From the NCBI GenBank assembly GCA_965243135.1, contig OZ251539.1, positions 32,001 to 96,000 of the forward strand: 64,000 nucleotides of DNA, in the 5' to 3' direction. Made by a program: the position numbers and the translations under genes. This stretch comes from Alphaproteobacteria bacterium (lineage in GTDB: Bacteria; Pseudomonadota; Alphaproteobacteria; MPNO01; UBA830). Below are positions 42,577-53,993 of this stretch, piece after piece (positions within the stretch are counted from its first letter, which is position 1; every line of letters starts with the position of its first letter). The notes under the pieces were generated by a model, which did no database searches, had not been told where the DNA came from, and saw only the letters and a program-made list of their open reading frames with translations.

Positions 42577-43877
42577 CAAAGCTCAGTCATGTAGCCGAGC
42601 CAGGCGTCGTACATGTTGCGGATATAGACCTCGCTCGTGGAATCGCGCCCTTGCAGGCCGCCGTGATCGTCGGGGCGGTCGCTGGCGTAGCCGCGTCCGA
42701 TCTGGATCCAGTCCGCGCCTTCGCTGGTCACGCCGGCGCCGATCCGTCCGTAGGTTTCAAGGTCGTCCGTCAGCACGAGGGAGCCGGTGCCGTTGGTCAC
42801 GTTGGCGAAGGCGATCGTGTCCTCGAACATCTTCGCGGGCGCGCCCTTCAGGCGGAACGAATAGGTGTAGACTTCGGTCCGGTCGACCGCGACGGGGTGG
42901 ACCACCCGCAACTGGCGAAACTGACTCATGAAGGAAAGGTTGGGATAGACGTTCGAGTTCCAGCGCGTTCGCTCGAGGATTCGCCTGGTCTCCGCCGCGC
43001 CCTTCTTCGCTTCCATCGCTGCGATGTAGTCCGCGAAAACGGGGTCGCGCCCCGCGGCGACCAGCTTTTCGTCGTCGTGATAGTCGCCCAGGAAGGAATG
43101 ACCGTTGGGGTAGGTCCAGATGCCCACCCGGTCCTGCCAGAATTCGTAGGATGCGCCGTTCTGGCGCATCTGGCGGATGGCGACCTCGCCCGACCCGTCG
43201 CTGTGCGCCGCATCGTCCTGGCGGCGCGCCGCGTCGATCGACGACCGGTGGACGAAAATCGGGTGCGCGGCGTCGCACAGGTTTTCGAGGTAGAGCTTCC
43301 AGTTGCCGTCGTAGCCGTGCTTGAAGACGCCGCCCGCGACCTCGATCTCGCCGTCCGGCGCGCGGTCGATCATGTCGTCGAACGATGTCGTCATGCGGCC
43401 GAGGAACTCCGTCAGCGACGGCCCCGCGGGGGCGAGGGAGGCGAACACGAAGCCGCGATAGCTTTCGACGCGCGGCGCGCGGACCATTGCCGTCTCGGCC
43501 GGATCGAACTCTTCCGGATAGCCGTGCCGCAGCGGAACGTCGATGAGCCGTCCGTCGGTATCGTAGGTCCAGCCGTGATAGCAGCATACGAAGGCGTCCG
43601 CGCGGCCGCTTTCTCCGGGAACCACCATGGCGCCGCGGTGCGCGCACTGGTTGTGCAGAACATGGATTTCGCCGTCGCGGTGACGCACCATCACCATCGG
43701 CCTGCGGCCGATGCGGACCGTCACGAAATCGCCCGGCGTTCTCGCCTGACTCTCGTGTCCGACGTATATCCAGGCGCGGCCGAATATTCGTTCCATCTCG
43801 AGTTCGAAGAGTTCCCGGTTCGCATAGACGCTGCGATGGACGCGGCCGGGTCGGACGAGATCGGCGATCGGGGTCAT
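42576..43877 (-). CDS. Aromatic ring-hydroxylating dioxygenase alpha subunit
   Basis: CAHRG...CCYHGW Rieske motif, NWKLYLENLCDAAHPIFVH and DDLE. Confidence 0.94.
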   Translation of the reverse strand: MTPIADLVRPGRVHRSVYANRELFELEMERIFGRAWIYVGHESQARTPGDFVTVRIGRRPMVMVRHRDGEIHVLHNQCAHRGAMVVPGESGRADAFVCCYHGWTYDTDGRLIDVPLRHGYPEEFDPAETAMVRAPRVESYRGFVFASLAPAGPSLTEFLGRMTTSFDDMIDRAPDGEIEVAGGVFKHGYDGNWKLYLENLCDAAHPIFVHRSSIDAARRQDDAAHSDGSGEVAIRQMRQNGASYEFWQDRVGIWTYPNGHSFLGDYHDDEKLVAAGRDPVFADYIAAMEAKKGAAETRRILERTRWNSNVYPNLSFMSQFRQLRVVHPVAVDRTEVYTYSFRLKGAPAKMFEDTIAFANVTNGTGSLVLTDDLETYGRIGAGVTSEGADWIQIGRGYASDRPDDHGGLQGRDSTSEVYIRNMYDAWLGYMTEL

Positions 43878-44552
43878 GAGCCTGACGGAACGCTTTGCCC
43901 TGTGTGTTTCGGGACAGTATTCGCGCGCTTCGCCGACGTCAATCGCCGCTGCACGCGCCTGCACGCAAGACCGGGCGACCGGCCGGAGGAGGCTCGGATG
44001 CGAACCTGGCGAACGACGTTGCCTTGGTTGCCCCGGTCATGCGGCCGGGCATCCGGCACTGACCGGCGGGAGTACGGCGCGAGTCGAGCGGGGTCAGGCG
44101 CGCGTTGCGAAGCCGGGCGGATTGCCGGAAGGCGTGGGCGAAACTGCCGCCGGAAAGCGCGCATGCGGAACGAACTCCATCCAAAGCCCGAACCTGCACG
44201 CGCGTTGCGTTTCGCCTGCTTTCCCGAGCGGCGAAGCCATGACGCCGAGCGAGATTTCCGATTTCGAGGAGTTCGTGCCGGAGGGAGGTCGTTTGGCGAG
44301 ACCGGACGAGCGACGGGACGGTTCCGCAGATACCCGAAGAGTATTGCCGGTCGAGACAGCGGCGAAGCGGCGGAAGCGCTGGCTGACCGCTTGCGGTTCG
44401 CGAGACGGGCTGAGCATGCAGTTTTGCCTCGGCGCTCGGCAACGTCGGCCTCGCGCCGCTGACGAAGCGGCAAGTCGGCGGCGCGCACCGAACCGATGCG
44501 AGACGACCTTACCCGCTACGGACTGCATTGTCCGGTCGTCGGGGACGATCGC

Positions 44553-44732
44553 TCAGGTGAGGAAGCCCAGCACTACGAGCGACACTACGAGCCACACCAC
44601 GGTACCGAAAGCGTCCGACAGCTCGTCCACAATGTTCGGCTTCTTCGGGTTCGGGCCCGGCGCGCCGCAGTGCGGGCACGTCTGCGCCGATTCGGCGATC
44701 CGGCCGGAGCATTCGCGGCAATCGACCAGCGC
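44553..44732 (-). pseudogene. Zinc-ribbon membrane protein fragment lacking a start codon
   Basis: ALVDCRECSGRIAESAQTCPHCGAP followed by a TM helix. No in-frame start before the upstream stop. Confidence 0.55.
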
Positions 44733-44947
44733 CCCTCCGTTTCGTGCGTCGCGGCGATGGCCTCACGCGTACTGTACTTCCGTCGGCGCTTCAATCTCGA
44801 CTCCGAAGGGCCAAAGTTGAGCGCGGGACATCGCGGCGACGGAAATCGCCCCGTTCCCCCGACATGCGTTCTCCTTGCCGACGGCAACGTTTCTCCGGTC
44901 GGCGGCCTTGTGCTAAGCTGAGCGGACATACGGAGGAGACCGAATTC

Positions 44948-45709
44948 ATGACCGCTACCGTTACCGCACTTCGCGACCGGATCGGCGACGAGGAATGGAA
45001 GGTTCGGGTCGATCTGGCCGCAGCCTATCGTCTTGCGCATCTCTACGGATGGACGACGACGCTGATCTACAATCACATCTCGGCGCGCGTACCGGGGCCG
45101 GACCACCATTTCCTGCTCAATCCGTTCGGATTGCGCTGGGACGAGGTCACGGCGTCCAATCTCGTCAAGATCGATCTCGAGGGCAATATTCTCGACGACA
45201 CGCCGCACCGCATCAACAACGCCGGCTACACCATCCACAGCGCGATCCACGCCGCGCGCGAGGACGCCATGTGCATCATCCACACGCACACCGAAGCCGG
45301 CATGTCGGTATCGGCGCTGGAGGACGGCCTGATCTACACCAATCAGGACTCGATGATGTTTTACGGGCGCGTCGCCTACCACGAATTCGAAGGCATCGCG
45401 CTCGACCTGTCGGAGCGCGAGCGGCTGGTCGCGGACCTCGGCGACAAGAAGGTCATGCTTCTCAGGAACCACGGACTTCTGACGACCGGCCGCAGCGTGG
45501 CCGACGCATGGGTGCACATGTACTTTCTCGAGAAGGTCTGCTCGGCCCAGTTGGCGCTGATGGCGGCCGCCGGCGGCCGGATTCGCCACCCGTCCCGCGA
45601 AGTGTGCGAGCACACCGCGAGACAGTATGAAAACGAAGGTCAAGGCGATCGGGAATGGCCCGCGCTGTTGCGCCAGCTCGACGGCGTGACGACCGACTAC
45701 AAGCGCTGA
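44948..45709 (+). CDS. Class II aldolase/adducin family protein
   Basis: DLAAAYRL, NHISAR, IHSAIH, HTHT and LRNHGLL motifs. Confidence 0.93.
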   Translation: MTATVTALRDRIGDEEWKVRVDLAAAYRLAHLYGWTTTLIYNHISARVPGPDHHFLLNPFGLRWDEVTASNLVKIDLEGNILDDTPHRINNAGYTIHSAIHAAREDAMCIIHTHTEAGMSVSALEDGLIYTNQDSMMFYGRVAYHEFEGIALDLSERERLVADLGDKKVMLLRNHGLLTTGRSVADAWVHMYFLEKVCSAQLALMAAAGGRIRHPSREVCEHTARQYENEGQGDREWPALLRQLDGVTTDYKR

Positions 45710-45713
45710 GCCG

Positions 45714-46442
45714 ATGGCGGCGACCGTCGACGAAATCGCCCCGGACGTTTTTCGCGTCGCGTGCTTCAACGCGCAGGCGAACTTCCAGTTTTCTTCCTTC
45801 GTGGTGCGCGACGAGGAGCCGCTCCTCTATCACACCAACCTGCGGGGCAATTTCGAGGACGTCGTCGCCGGCGTGCGCGGCGTGGTGGATCCGGCGGCGA
45901 TCCGATGGATCGGATTCAGCCATTTCGAGTCCGACGAATGCGGGTCGCTCAACGAATGGCTCGCGGTCGCGCCGCGCGCGGAGCCGGTGTGCAGCTTCGT
46001 CGGCGCGCGAACCAGCGTCGGCGATTTCGCGGCGCGGCCCCCGCGGGTTCTGGAGTCCGGCGAGCGCATAGAAACCGGGGCGCGCCGGTTCCGCGTGATC
46101 GAGACCGGCCACGTTCCGCACGGCTGGGACGCCAGCCTGCTCTTCGAGGAGACGGACGGAACCCTGTTCTGCTCCGATCTGCTCGGGCACGGCGGCGATG
46201 TCGAGGCGCTGTGCGGCGGCGACATCGTAGGACGGTCGGAGGCGTACAACGCGCGGCAGCAGGAGGGGCCGATGGCCGGATCGGTGCCTTACACGCATCG
46301 GACGCGGCCGATCATAGAGCTGCTTGCCGGCCTCGAGCCGAGAACGCTGGCGTGCATGCACGGCTCCAGCTTCGCGGGAGAGGGCGGCCGCGTTCTGCGG
46401 GAGTTCGGCGACGTTCTGGAACGTTGCTTCGGGCCTCGGTAG
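45714..46442 (+). CDS. MBL-fold metallo-hydrolase (FprA/ODP-like)
   Basis: [21 protein letters not shown] and CMHGS motifs. Confidence 0.85.
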   Translation: MAATVDEIAPDVFRVACFNAQANFQFSSFVVRDEEPLLYHTNLRGNFEDVVAGVRGVVDPAAIRWIGFSHFESDECGSLNEWLAVAPRAEPVCSFVGARTSVGDFAARPPRVLESGERIETGARRFRVIETGHVPHGWDASLLFEETDGTLFCSDLLGHGGDVEALCGGDIVGRSEAYNARQQEGPMAGSVPYTHRTRPIIELLAGLEPRTLACMHGSSFAGEGGRVLREFGDVLERCFGPR

Positions 46443-46461
46443 CCTTGGAGTGGAGAACGCG

Positions 46462-46866
46462 ATGGCGACCAAGATCAGCAAGACCGAAGACGAGTGGAGG
46501 GCGCTGCTGTCCGAGGAGCAGTTCCGGGTGCTTCGCAAGCACGGCACCGAGCGACCGTTCACCGGCGCGTACGACGGCTGCAAGGAAGAAGGGACGTACG
46601 CGTGCGCCGGTTGCGGCCATCCGCTGTTCTCTTCGGAGCATAAGTTCGATTCGGGCACCGGCTGGCCCAGCTTCTACCAACCGATCGGGGACGGGGCGGT
46701 GGAGACGAAGGCCGACTGGTCCCTGTTCATGCGGCGGACCGAGGTTCATTGCGCCCGCTGCGACGGCCATCTCGGCCATGTCTTCCCGGACGGCCCCATG
46801 CCGACGGGCCAACGTTACTGCATCAATTCCGCGTCGCTGAATCTGGAAGCCAAGGGCGGCGCGTAG
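46462..46866 (+). CDS. msrB: Peptide-methionine (R)-S-oxide reductase
   Basis: [28 protein letters not shown] and RYCINS motifs. Confidence 0.97.
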   Translation: MATKISKTEDEWRALLSEEQFRVLRKHGTERPFTGAYDGCKEEGTYACAGCGHPLFSSEHKFDSGTGWPSFYQPIGDGAVETKADWSLFMRRTEVHCARCDGHLGHVFPDGPMPTGQRYCINSASLNLEAKGGA

Positions 46867-46906
46867 GGACCGCGCTTCGCCCGCGGAAGGCTCGCCGCCC
46901 GGCGGA

Positions 46907-48091
46907 TCAGGTCAGTTCGACCGTCAGCGGATCGTAAGAGTAGAGCCAGGCGTTGCGATCCTCTCCTTCGTCGCGCCCGGCGAAGGCGCGGCGGATCTCG
47001 TCGACGCTGTCCAGATGAAACAGTCGCCGGTTCGCGTCCGAGGCGTCGACGACGCGGGCGGTGCGCGACGCCCGGTTACGCTGGTAGAGCGCGAGCGCCG
47101 AGGCGATGTCGCCGCGCTGCCGGAGCGCTCTCGCCAGCACCGCCCCGTCCTCGATCGCCATGGCCGCGCCCTGCGCCAGATAGGGCAACGTCGCGTGCGC
47201 CGCGTCTCCGAGCAGGGTGGCTCGCGCCGTGCTCCACGCCTCGATCGTCGGCCGGCGGTACAGCGCCCACCGGTAGCACTCGTCGCGGTCGGCGAGGTCG
47301 ATCACCGTGCGGATGTCCCGATGCCAGCCCCGGAAATCCGCGTCGAGGTCCTCCCAGGGGAATTTGAGGGTCCAGGATTCCTCGGACGCGACCGGCGTCT
47401 CGACCGCGCCGACGAAGTTCAGCAGTTCGCCGTTGCGAATCCAGTAGGTCACCGCGTGCTTTCCCGGCCCCATCCAGACCGACATCACCTCTTCCATGAA
47501 ATCGGCCGGCAGCCGGTCGCGGGGCACGGTGATGCGCCACGCCGAATCGCCCGTGTAGGCGGCGGGCACGCGGCCCGCGATGCGGTCGCGGACGACGGAC
47601 TTCACGCCGTCGGCGCCGACCAGAAGGTCGCCTCTTGCGGAGGAGCCGTTCGAGAAGCGCAGCGTGACGCCGGCTTCGTCCTCTTCGAAACCGGTTGCGC
47701 AGCGGTCGAGACGAATCGCGTCGCCCCGGCGCTTCCGCACGGCCTCCGCGACCAGGGCATGCAGGTCGGCGCGATGAATCTGGTTGTAGGGCGCGCGGTG
47801 GAGGCGTTCGTGCTCGGCCGACAACGCGAAACGGTCGACGATCTCGCCGGTATCGTGCAGGCGGAAGACGTAACCCTCCGGCCGCACGGACCTCGCCGAC
47901 ACCTCCTCGCCGACGCCGAGATGGTTAAGCACGTGCATCGCGTTCGCGCTGACCTGGATGCCGGCGCCGACCTCGCCCAGTTCGGGCGCCTGTTCGTACA
48001 CTTCGACCTCGAAGCCGGCCTCCAGCAGGCAGCCGGCGGCGGCCAGCCCGCCGAGGCCGGCCCCGACGACGAGGATCTTCGGTTCGCTCAT
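46907..48091 (-). CDS. FAD-dependent monooxygenase (salicylate hydroxylase-like)
   Basis: GAGLGG, GADG and LLGDAAHATLPYLAQGA motifs. Confidence 0.92.
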   Translation of the reverse strand: MSEPKILVVGAGLGGLAAAGCLLEAGFEVEVYEQAPELGEVGAGIQVSANAMHVLNHLGVGEEVSARSVRPEGYVFRLHDTGEIVDRFALSAEHERLHRAPYNQIHRADLHALVAEAVRKRRGDAIRLDRCATGFEEDEAGVTLRFSNGSSARGDLLVGADGVKSVVRDRIAGRVPAAYTGDSAWRITVPRDRLPADFMEEVMSVWMGPGKHAVTYWIRNGELLNFVGAVETPVASEESWTLKFPWEDLDADFRGWHRDIRTVIDLADRDECYRWALYRRPTIEAWSTARATLLGDAAHATLPYLAQGAAMAIEDGAVLARALRQRGDIASALALYQRNRASRTARVVDASDANRRLFHLDSVDEIRRAFAGRDEGEDRNAWLYSYDPLTVELT

Positions 48092-48104
48092 CCGCCTGCA
48101 GCCT

Positions 48105-48881
48105 TCACGCGGACTCGTACATTTCCCGCATCAGGGAGAGGATGTCGGGCGCTCCGGCGAGAAAGGCATTTTGAACGCGAGAGACCAACTCGTCCGGAAT
48201 TCCGTGCATCGCCTCGGCGATCGGACCGGCGACGGCGGCCAGCGTATCGGAGTCGCCGCCGAGCGACACCGCGTTCCGGACCGCGTCCTCGAAGCTGTCG
48301 GACTCCAGCGCGCAGATGACCGCTTCGGGCACCGTTTTCTGGCAGGTTACGTCGAAGCCGTAGTCCGGGCGGATTTCGTCCACGCTGCGAGCGAGGTCGT
48401 AACCGTACTCCGCCGAAACGGCTTCGCGGATGCGCGCCGCGTTTTCGCCCTGAAAGGCGAGCCAGATCGCATGCACGGTCGCGCGCGCGCCCTTCATTCC
48501 TTCCTCGTGGTCGTGCGTGATTTCGGTGACGCGGTCGGCGGCGGCAAGCGCGGCCGAAAGCTCCTTGCGGCGATTCAGGAACGCGGCGGGAGAGACCCGC
48601 ATCGCCGCGCCGTTGCCGAAGCTGCCGTAAGGCTCGGCCGTGTCCCGGTGTATCCACTGACGGAACATACCGCCGTAGCCGCGTCCGGGATGGTTTCGAC
48701 ACATTCGCTGCAGCGCCGGAGCGGGGGCGAGGCCGTGCAGCAGAATGTCTGCGACCGCCGCGGTGCAGACCGAATCGTCAGTGAAACGGCAGCCCGCGCC
48801 GAAAAGCTCGAACTCCTTGGTCTTGATCCCGTTCCGCTCGTAAACCGAACCGACGATATCGCCGATGATCGCGCCGAACAA
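48105..48881 (-). CDS. ADP-ribosylglycohydrolase family protein
   Basis: GAIIGDIVGS, FTDDS, GNGAAMRVSP, THDH and GGDSDT motifs. TTG start. Confidence 0.92.
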   Translation of the reverse strand: MFGAIIGDIVGSVYERNGIKTKEFELFGAGCRFTDDSVCTAAVADILLHGLAPAPALQRMCRNHPGRGYGGMFRQWIHRDTAEPYGSFGNGAAMRVSPAAFLNRRKELSAALAAADRVTEITHDHEEGMKGARATVHAIWLAFQGENAARIREAVSAEYGYDLARSVDEIRPDYGFDVTCQKTVPEAVICALESDSFEDAVRNAVSLGGDSDTLAAVAGPIAEAMHGIPDELVSRVQNAFLAGAPDILSLMREMYESA

Positions 48882-48940
48882 CGCCGTCCTCCCTTTCTTC
48901 CCTTCCCGCCGGGCGGCGCCGCGCCGCCCGCGCGGCGATT

Positions 48941-49369
48941 CTACAGCGTCATCGCCATCCTGACATGCGGAATTCCCGCGTCCTCGAATTCGCCGCCTTC
49001 CCGGCGGAAGCCGAGCTTTTCGTAGAACGGTTCGGCGTGGGTCTGGGAATGCAGGACCGCCGCCGCGTAGCCGTCCTTTCGCGCGTCCGACAGCGCGCGT
49101 TCGGTCAGCGCCCTTCCGATGCCGCGGCCGCGGTAGGGCCTGAGCACGGCGATGCGCTCGAGCTTGACGATGCCGCCGTCGAGAGGCCTCGAACGCGCCG
49201 TTCCCACGGGCAGGTCGCCGCGCCGCGCCAGATAGTGGCGGCAGAGATCGTCGAGGCCGTCCAGTTCGATGTCGCGGGCGACCTTCTGTTCGCCGCAGAA
49301 CACCTCGACGCGGATGGCGAAGCATGCCGCCCGGTCGTCGGCCTCCAACGCTTCCAGGATCGTCGTCAT
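48941..49369 (-). CDS. GNAT acetyltransferase (ElaA/YjcF-like)
   Basis: IRVEVFCGEQ, RIAVLRPYRGRGIG, FYEKLGF and GIPHVRM motifs. Confidence 0.9.
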   Translation of the reverse strand: MTTILEALEADDRAACFAIRVEVFCGEQKVARDIELDGLDDLCRHYLARRGDLPVGTARSRPLDGGIVKLERIAVLRPYRGRGIGRALTERALSDARKDGYAAAVLHSQTHAEPFYEKLGFRREGGEFEDAGIPHVRMAMTL

Positions 49370-49444
49370 GAGCACCCGATGAACTTTGCGAAAAGACGCT
49401 TAACCCGTAATCGCCCCGCTGTCACCCGTTGCGGACGGGCGGCC
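49288..49444. repeat. ~157-bp direct repeat, copy 1 (GNAT 5' end + upstream region)
   Basis: Aligns by eye at high identity with 53994-54150 (offset 4706), e.g. gttcgccgcagaacacctcgacgcgg...gacgcttaacccgtaatcgcc. Confidence 0.9.
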
Positions 49445-49569
49445 GCCCGTCCCGCCGTTCGCTTGCATAGCTCTGCCCTTCGGATTTGAACGAAGACCGC
49501 ATAGCGACAACGGAATTATGACTGGCGGCGTGGACTGGAGACGCAACGCTGCGCTGCCTTGGTTAGAGA

Positions 49570-52500
49570 TCATTCCTCGGTGGATCGCGGTATCCCCCGG
49601 ACAGTCGGCTCGAGGCTGAGCATATCGCACCATTGCGCGACCTCTGCCGGATCGATCCCCGCCGCCGTTGCCGCGGCTTCGTCCAGCCGCTGCCGGACTG
49701 GATCGACGGGACCGTCGCGCATCTCGGCGAGTTCCATCTGCGACGTCTCTTCCCAAGCCGCCGCCAGCATCCGTCGCGCTGGCGAGTCCCTGCGTATTTC
49801 CTTCGGGACTCCGACCGACCGGAGATGGTCGGCTGACCAGTTCGGATAGGTCAACTTTCGCGATCGGCGATTGAACAGCAGCAACCGGGCAGGAGTGGAA
49901 TTCCACCAGGCGCAAAGCGCCTTTCCAACATGCCCTTCCGTATGCGTGACAGGTATCCACCCAGAGCCGAATGCAGGCTTTTCCGAATAGAGTGCGCTGA
50001 GGCGTCCCGATTGGGTATCCATCCTTGCGGCCAGCATCAGATTGCCGGATTTGAGGGCCGTATCCTTCCAAGGTTTTGGGCCGGGACGTACCCACTGTTC
50101 AGGGGCGCCGGCCATTTTCCGGCGCAATTTCGATGAAATCGAACCGAACATCTTTACGGATCCCGGATGGGTTCCATCTTCGCATTTTATCCAGTTCTTT
50201 TTGCTCCTTATAGCTTGTCCGAGCGCACCCAAGGAGAATAATGATCCCAAGGGTTTCAAAGCTTCGAGTTTTTCCAGTTTTTCGATCACCCAAGCCAGTT
50301 CACCATTGTACCATTGGGCCGGAAACCAGTTGCCCGCCTCGATCAGTAGCCTCGGCCAAACGATTTCATTCCCCAGGTTTTTACAATGGCCTGCCGATAT
50401 GGAATCCGCGATCTCTATTGCTTCTTCCGGGGTGGCTGGCATCTTTCGAAGCGACACGAATTTCGTATCTCCCCGCATTTCTTTGGATCGCCGACGGCAG
50501 ACCAACAGGCTTTCATGTATGGAGGTGTTTTCGGAGAAGTTGATACGGCGCGGATCGTGGGTCGTCACCACAAACTCCACATAAAAGCGGTCCGCGATGA
50601 ACCGGCGCTCCTCGATTCCGGATGCTCCGATGCAGGCCGTTGTCGGCATTACTTTCGCCAATGTTCCATCCTTCTTATCGAGCAATCTTTCCGCAAGCGG
50701 CGTGAAGAATGTGCTTATGCTGTTGGTCGTGATAAGGCTGCCGGCTTGCAGATCCTGGATTGTCACATGGTCGCGGATGAAGATCTCGCGCCTTTGCATC
50801 GCAGCGATAGTTTCGGGCCCGAATTTGCGGCTTCGCTTCGCATTGTCGGTGTAGGGCGGGTTCATGATTACTAGATCGAGATCCTCAAGAGGAAAATCTT
50901 TGTTCTCCGCATCGTCAACTTGCCGAGAATCGAGATGTTCCAGTCCGCGCAACGGTTGGGCCATGCTTTCGAGATCCGTTCCGGCCCTCGTCAGTATCTC
51001 GATCGATCCCGCTCTGGCCTGTCCTCCATCGTCGACTCCGTGCCGCAGGGTATGCAGATTCATGCGTCCATAATCGACCGTGGGCGCGCCCAGGGTCATA
51101 TTGCAGGCCGCAAGCTGGACGGCGTGCCGGTTGATGTCGAGTCCGCACAGTACGTCCTCCACCAGCCGCTTGTGCAAGCTGGCTTCGTCGTTTCCCCCCC
51201 CCCCCCCCCCTCGCCTTGATCGTGTGCAGCGCAGCCATGAGCAAGGTGCCCGTTCCGCAAGCCGGGTCCATGATTCGCAACCTCGCGATAGCATCCGGGT
51301 CCGACCAGTCGACGAAATTTTCGGGCAAAGCCAAGCGCGCGAGCATCAGGGCGGAAAGGTTGTTCGTGTAGAATGCGCCGTCGCTCGGACCGTGCGGCAA
51401 AATCCGATGATAGAGCGGACCGGCGTGGTCCAGACCCAACTCGCTCAACGAGTCCGCAAGACTGTTAGCGCGTTCTGCCAAGATACGGATTGGATTCTTC
51501 GCTTCCGGAACGCCGCAGAGTATCCGAAGCACGGCAAGCGCGGGCTTGAACACCGGTTTGAAGTCTTTTTTCAGAATTGTTTCCCAAGCCTCGTACAGCA
51601 ATTCGGCAGGTTCATTGGCGCCGCCTACTTTATCGAGCCGAAGAACCATTGACATTCCCGGTTCATTGCGCAGCCTGCGGTGAAGCAGGCAAGCGTTGCA
51701 AAGCAGCAATGCGCCGATCGTGCAAGCGTTCCGGGTTTCGCCGGGAGTATCCGTGGGTAGATCCAGCGCATGGCCGATCGCCTCGCCATGGCCCTGCTCC
51801 CACAACGCTGCCGCTGCCTGTTTCACTGTGTCGGTTATCTCGTCGGCGACAAGCTGGCCCGGCTTGCCCAAGCCGGATGCCGAGGCGACATGCGCATAGA
51901 TGCCCTGATCCGCTTCCTTCAGATCAAGCCTCTCCTGTATCGGATCGCCGCTAAAATCGCCATCTCCGTCCGATTGGCTGCCAAGCTGCTTTCCGGCTTC
52001 GTAGACCCTGACGAACCGGACCACATCCTCCGCGAGACGGCCATCGTGCGACTGAAGGGCTCGCAATACCCGCCCGACCGTCTGATAACCTTCAGCTCTC
52101 CGCTCCAGCGCTAAAATGATGTCCTCGCCAGGTTCCATGACGACGGGGATTATGATGTACCCGAACTTCTTGCCTTCGGCGCGGCGCATCACCCGGCCCA
52201 CTGATTGAACGACGTCGACTTGACTGTCTCGGGGATCGAGGAAGGCGACGGCATTCAGCGACGGGACGTCGACCCCTTCCGTGAATAGTTTGACATTGCA
52301 GACGATGCGGCACTCGCCAGCCCGCTCGGCGCCATCGAGTGCCTCCAACTCCCGGTTCCGCACGAAGACGTTATCCGAGGCGTCGAGATGCTTAGCTTCC
52401 ACCTTCATCGCCCGACCATGTTCCATGCGCCGCGTCGTGGCCGCCAGCACTTGCGGTTCGGCGAGAGCGCCTTCGTACCATTTGGACCGCTTGATGCTGT

Positions 52501-53932
52501 TTGCGAACGCCATCGTGCGCGGAAGGGGACCTGGCTTCTCCAGGTCGCTTCCGTCAGTGACGCCGTTGACGGCGAGGGATACGCCCAAGACGCGCGTCAT
52601 TTCGTTCATCGTCGGCGCGGCCCTGCGGTCATTGCTATCGTCCAGCCCGGCCAACCGTCGGCGCAGTCCCGGCGTAACGCTGGACTGACTGACTCCGAGA
52701 ACGATCACCCGGTAGTCCGACAGGATTCCTGCGTCGACTGCTTTGGCGAAAGGCAGCCTGTGAAATTCCGGCCCGTAGACCTCAAGGTCGGTCATGTCTA
52801 CGACCTCGTAGCCTTTCCGCTCAATGCGCGATTTAGAACTCGCTGTGTACATTCTGGGTGTCGCGGTCATGTAGAGACGGCGTTTTGCCCGGATCCGACC
52901 GTTGTCGTGGATTTCCTGAAAATCGACCTTGCCTGCTGCCTGTCCCGAGATTCCCGTCGTGCGGTGCGCCTCGTCCGCAATCACAAGGTCGATCACCGGC
53001 ACGTCATCGCGGTCTTGCGCTTCTCGGACGCGGTCGAGAGAGTGGTAGGTGCAGAAAATCGCCGCCGTTTTCGTTCCGTCGCGCAGGGCCGCGGCGATCT
53101 CTTCAGGCTTCGTGGTCACCGGGCATTCCAGCTCGGAGATTTGAATGTCCTCGTTTTCGTTTCTGCCGCCAGCGTACGGATCCGAACAGACGACCAGACA
53201 CCGCAGGGGTCGGGTCGCGCGGCGCAGCCATTCGCGGCGGGCCTGGGACACCAGGGCGATGGTTGGTGCTGCAAATAGGATCCTTCCACCGTTCTCCACG
53301 ACCTGCTCGGCGATCCGGAGCGACGTAAAAGTCTTTCCGGTGCCGCAAGCCATAACGAGCCGTCCCCGCTCGTGGTTCCGAAGTCCCGCTACCGTGTCTT
53401 CGATCGCTTCGCCCTGGAGGACCCAAGGTTCCTGCACAGGTGGCTCCGCGTCGTCTTCGGCCAGCTGAACATTGTGAAACCGCGCGAAATCCAGGTGGGT
53501 GACCGGCGGGTTCGCGTTAGTGATCGCGGCCTCCGCATTCGCGCTCCATCGGCAGGTGCCGACAATCCAGCGTATATCGAAGACCTCTTGCTGCGATGCG
53601 CCCAGAAACGAATCGATACCGCCTTTCGGAAGAACGCGTTGTTCATCGTAGCACTTGCACTGGATGGCGATATGCCTGCCGTCGGATCGCCGGGCCACAA
53701 GGTCGATGCCGATGTCTCGTCCGTCCAGGCCGGTCCGGTTCTTGCGCTCCGGCCAGTCGGCCCAGCGCCAGATTTCTTCGACTTCCAAATCCGGTTCCTG
53801 CCGTGCGATCCGCATGAAGAGCTGTTCAAACCAGCGGCCCTTTTCGGTTTCGTCGCGGCTCGTTTTCCGGATTCGGTCGAGAATGTGCCTGACCGTGGGG
53901 TTCCCGCGGAGATCGAGTTCTCCCTGTTGCAT
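49570..53932 (-). CDS. Type ISP-like restriction-modification enzyme (Mrr nuclease-SF2 helicase-N6A MTase-TRD), frameshifted at a G17 tract
   Basis: GIDLVA...IQCKCY, MACGTGKT, DEAHRT, TATP, QSVGRVMR and DPACGTGT in ORF 50915..54031. GLDIN and MNPPY in ORF 49570..51294. The frames switch at poly-C 51194-51210. Confidence 0.88.
51194..51210 (-). repeat. G17 homopolymer (simple sequence repeat) inside the RM gene
   Basis: 17 consecutive C on the + strand. Lengths of 1 mod 3 (G16/G19) would fuse the two ORFs. Confidence 0.9.
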
Positions 53933-53993
53933 TTCGCTTGCTCCCTTGGACGCTTGGGCATTTCGCTTAGCAGGCGATTTCTCCAGTTCTTCC

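Noticed and set aside
43900-44500. ORFs between the dioxygenase and the zinc-ribbon fragment
   Set aside because: No recognisable motifs or SD. Probably non-coding or decayed DNA.
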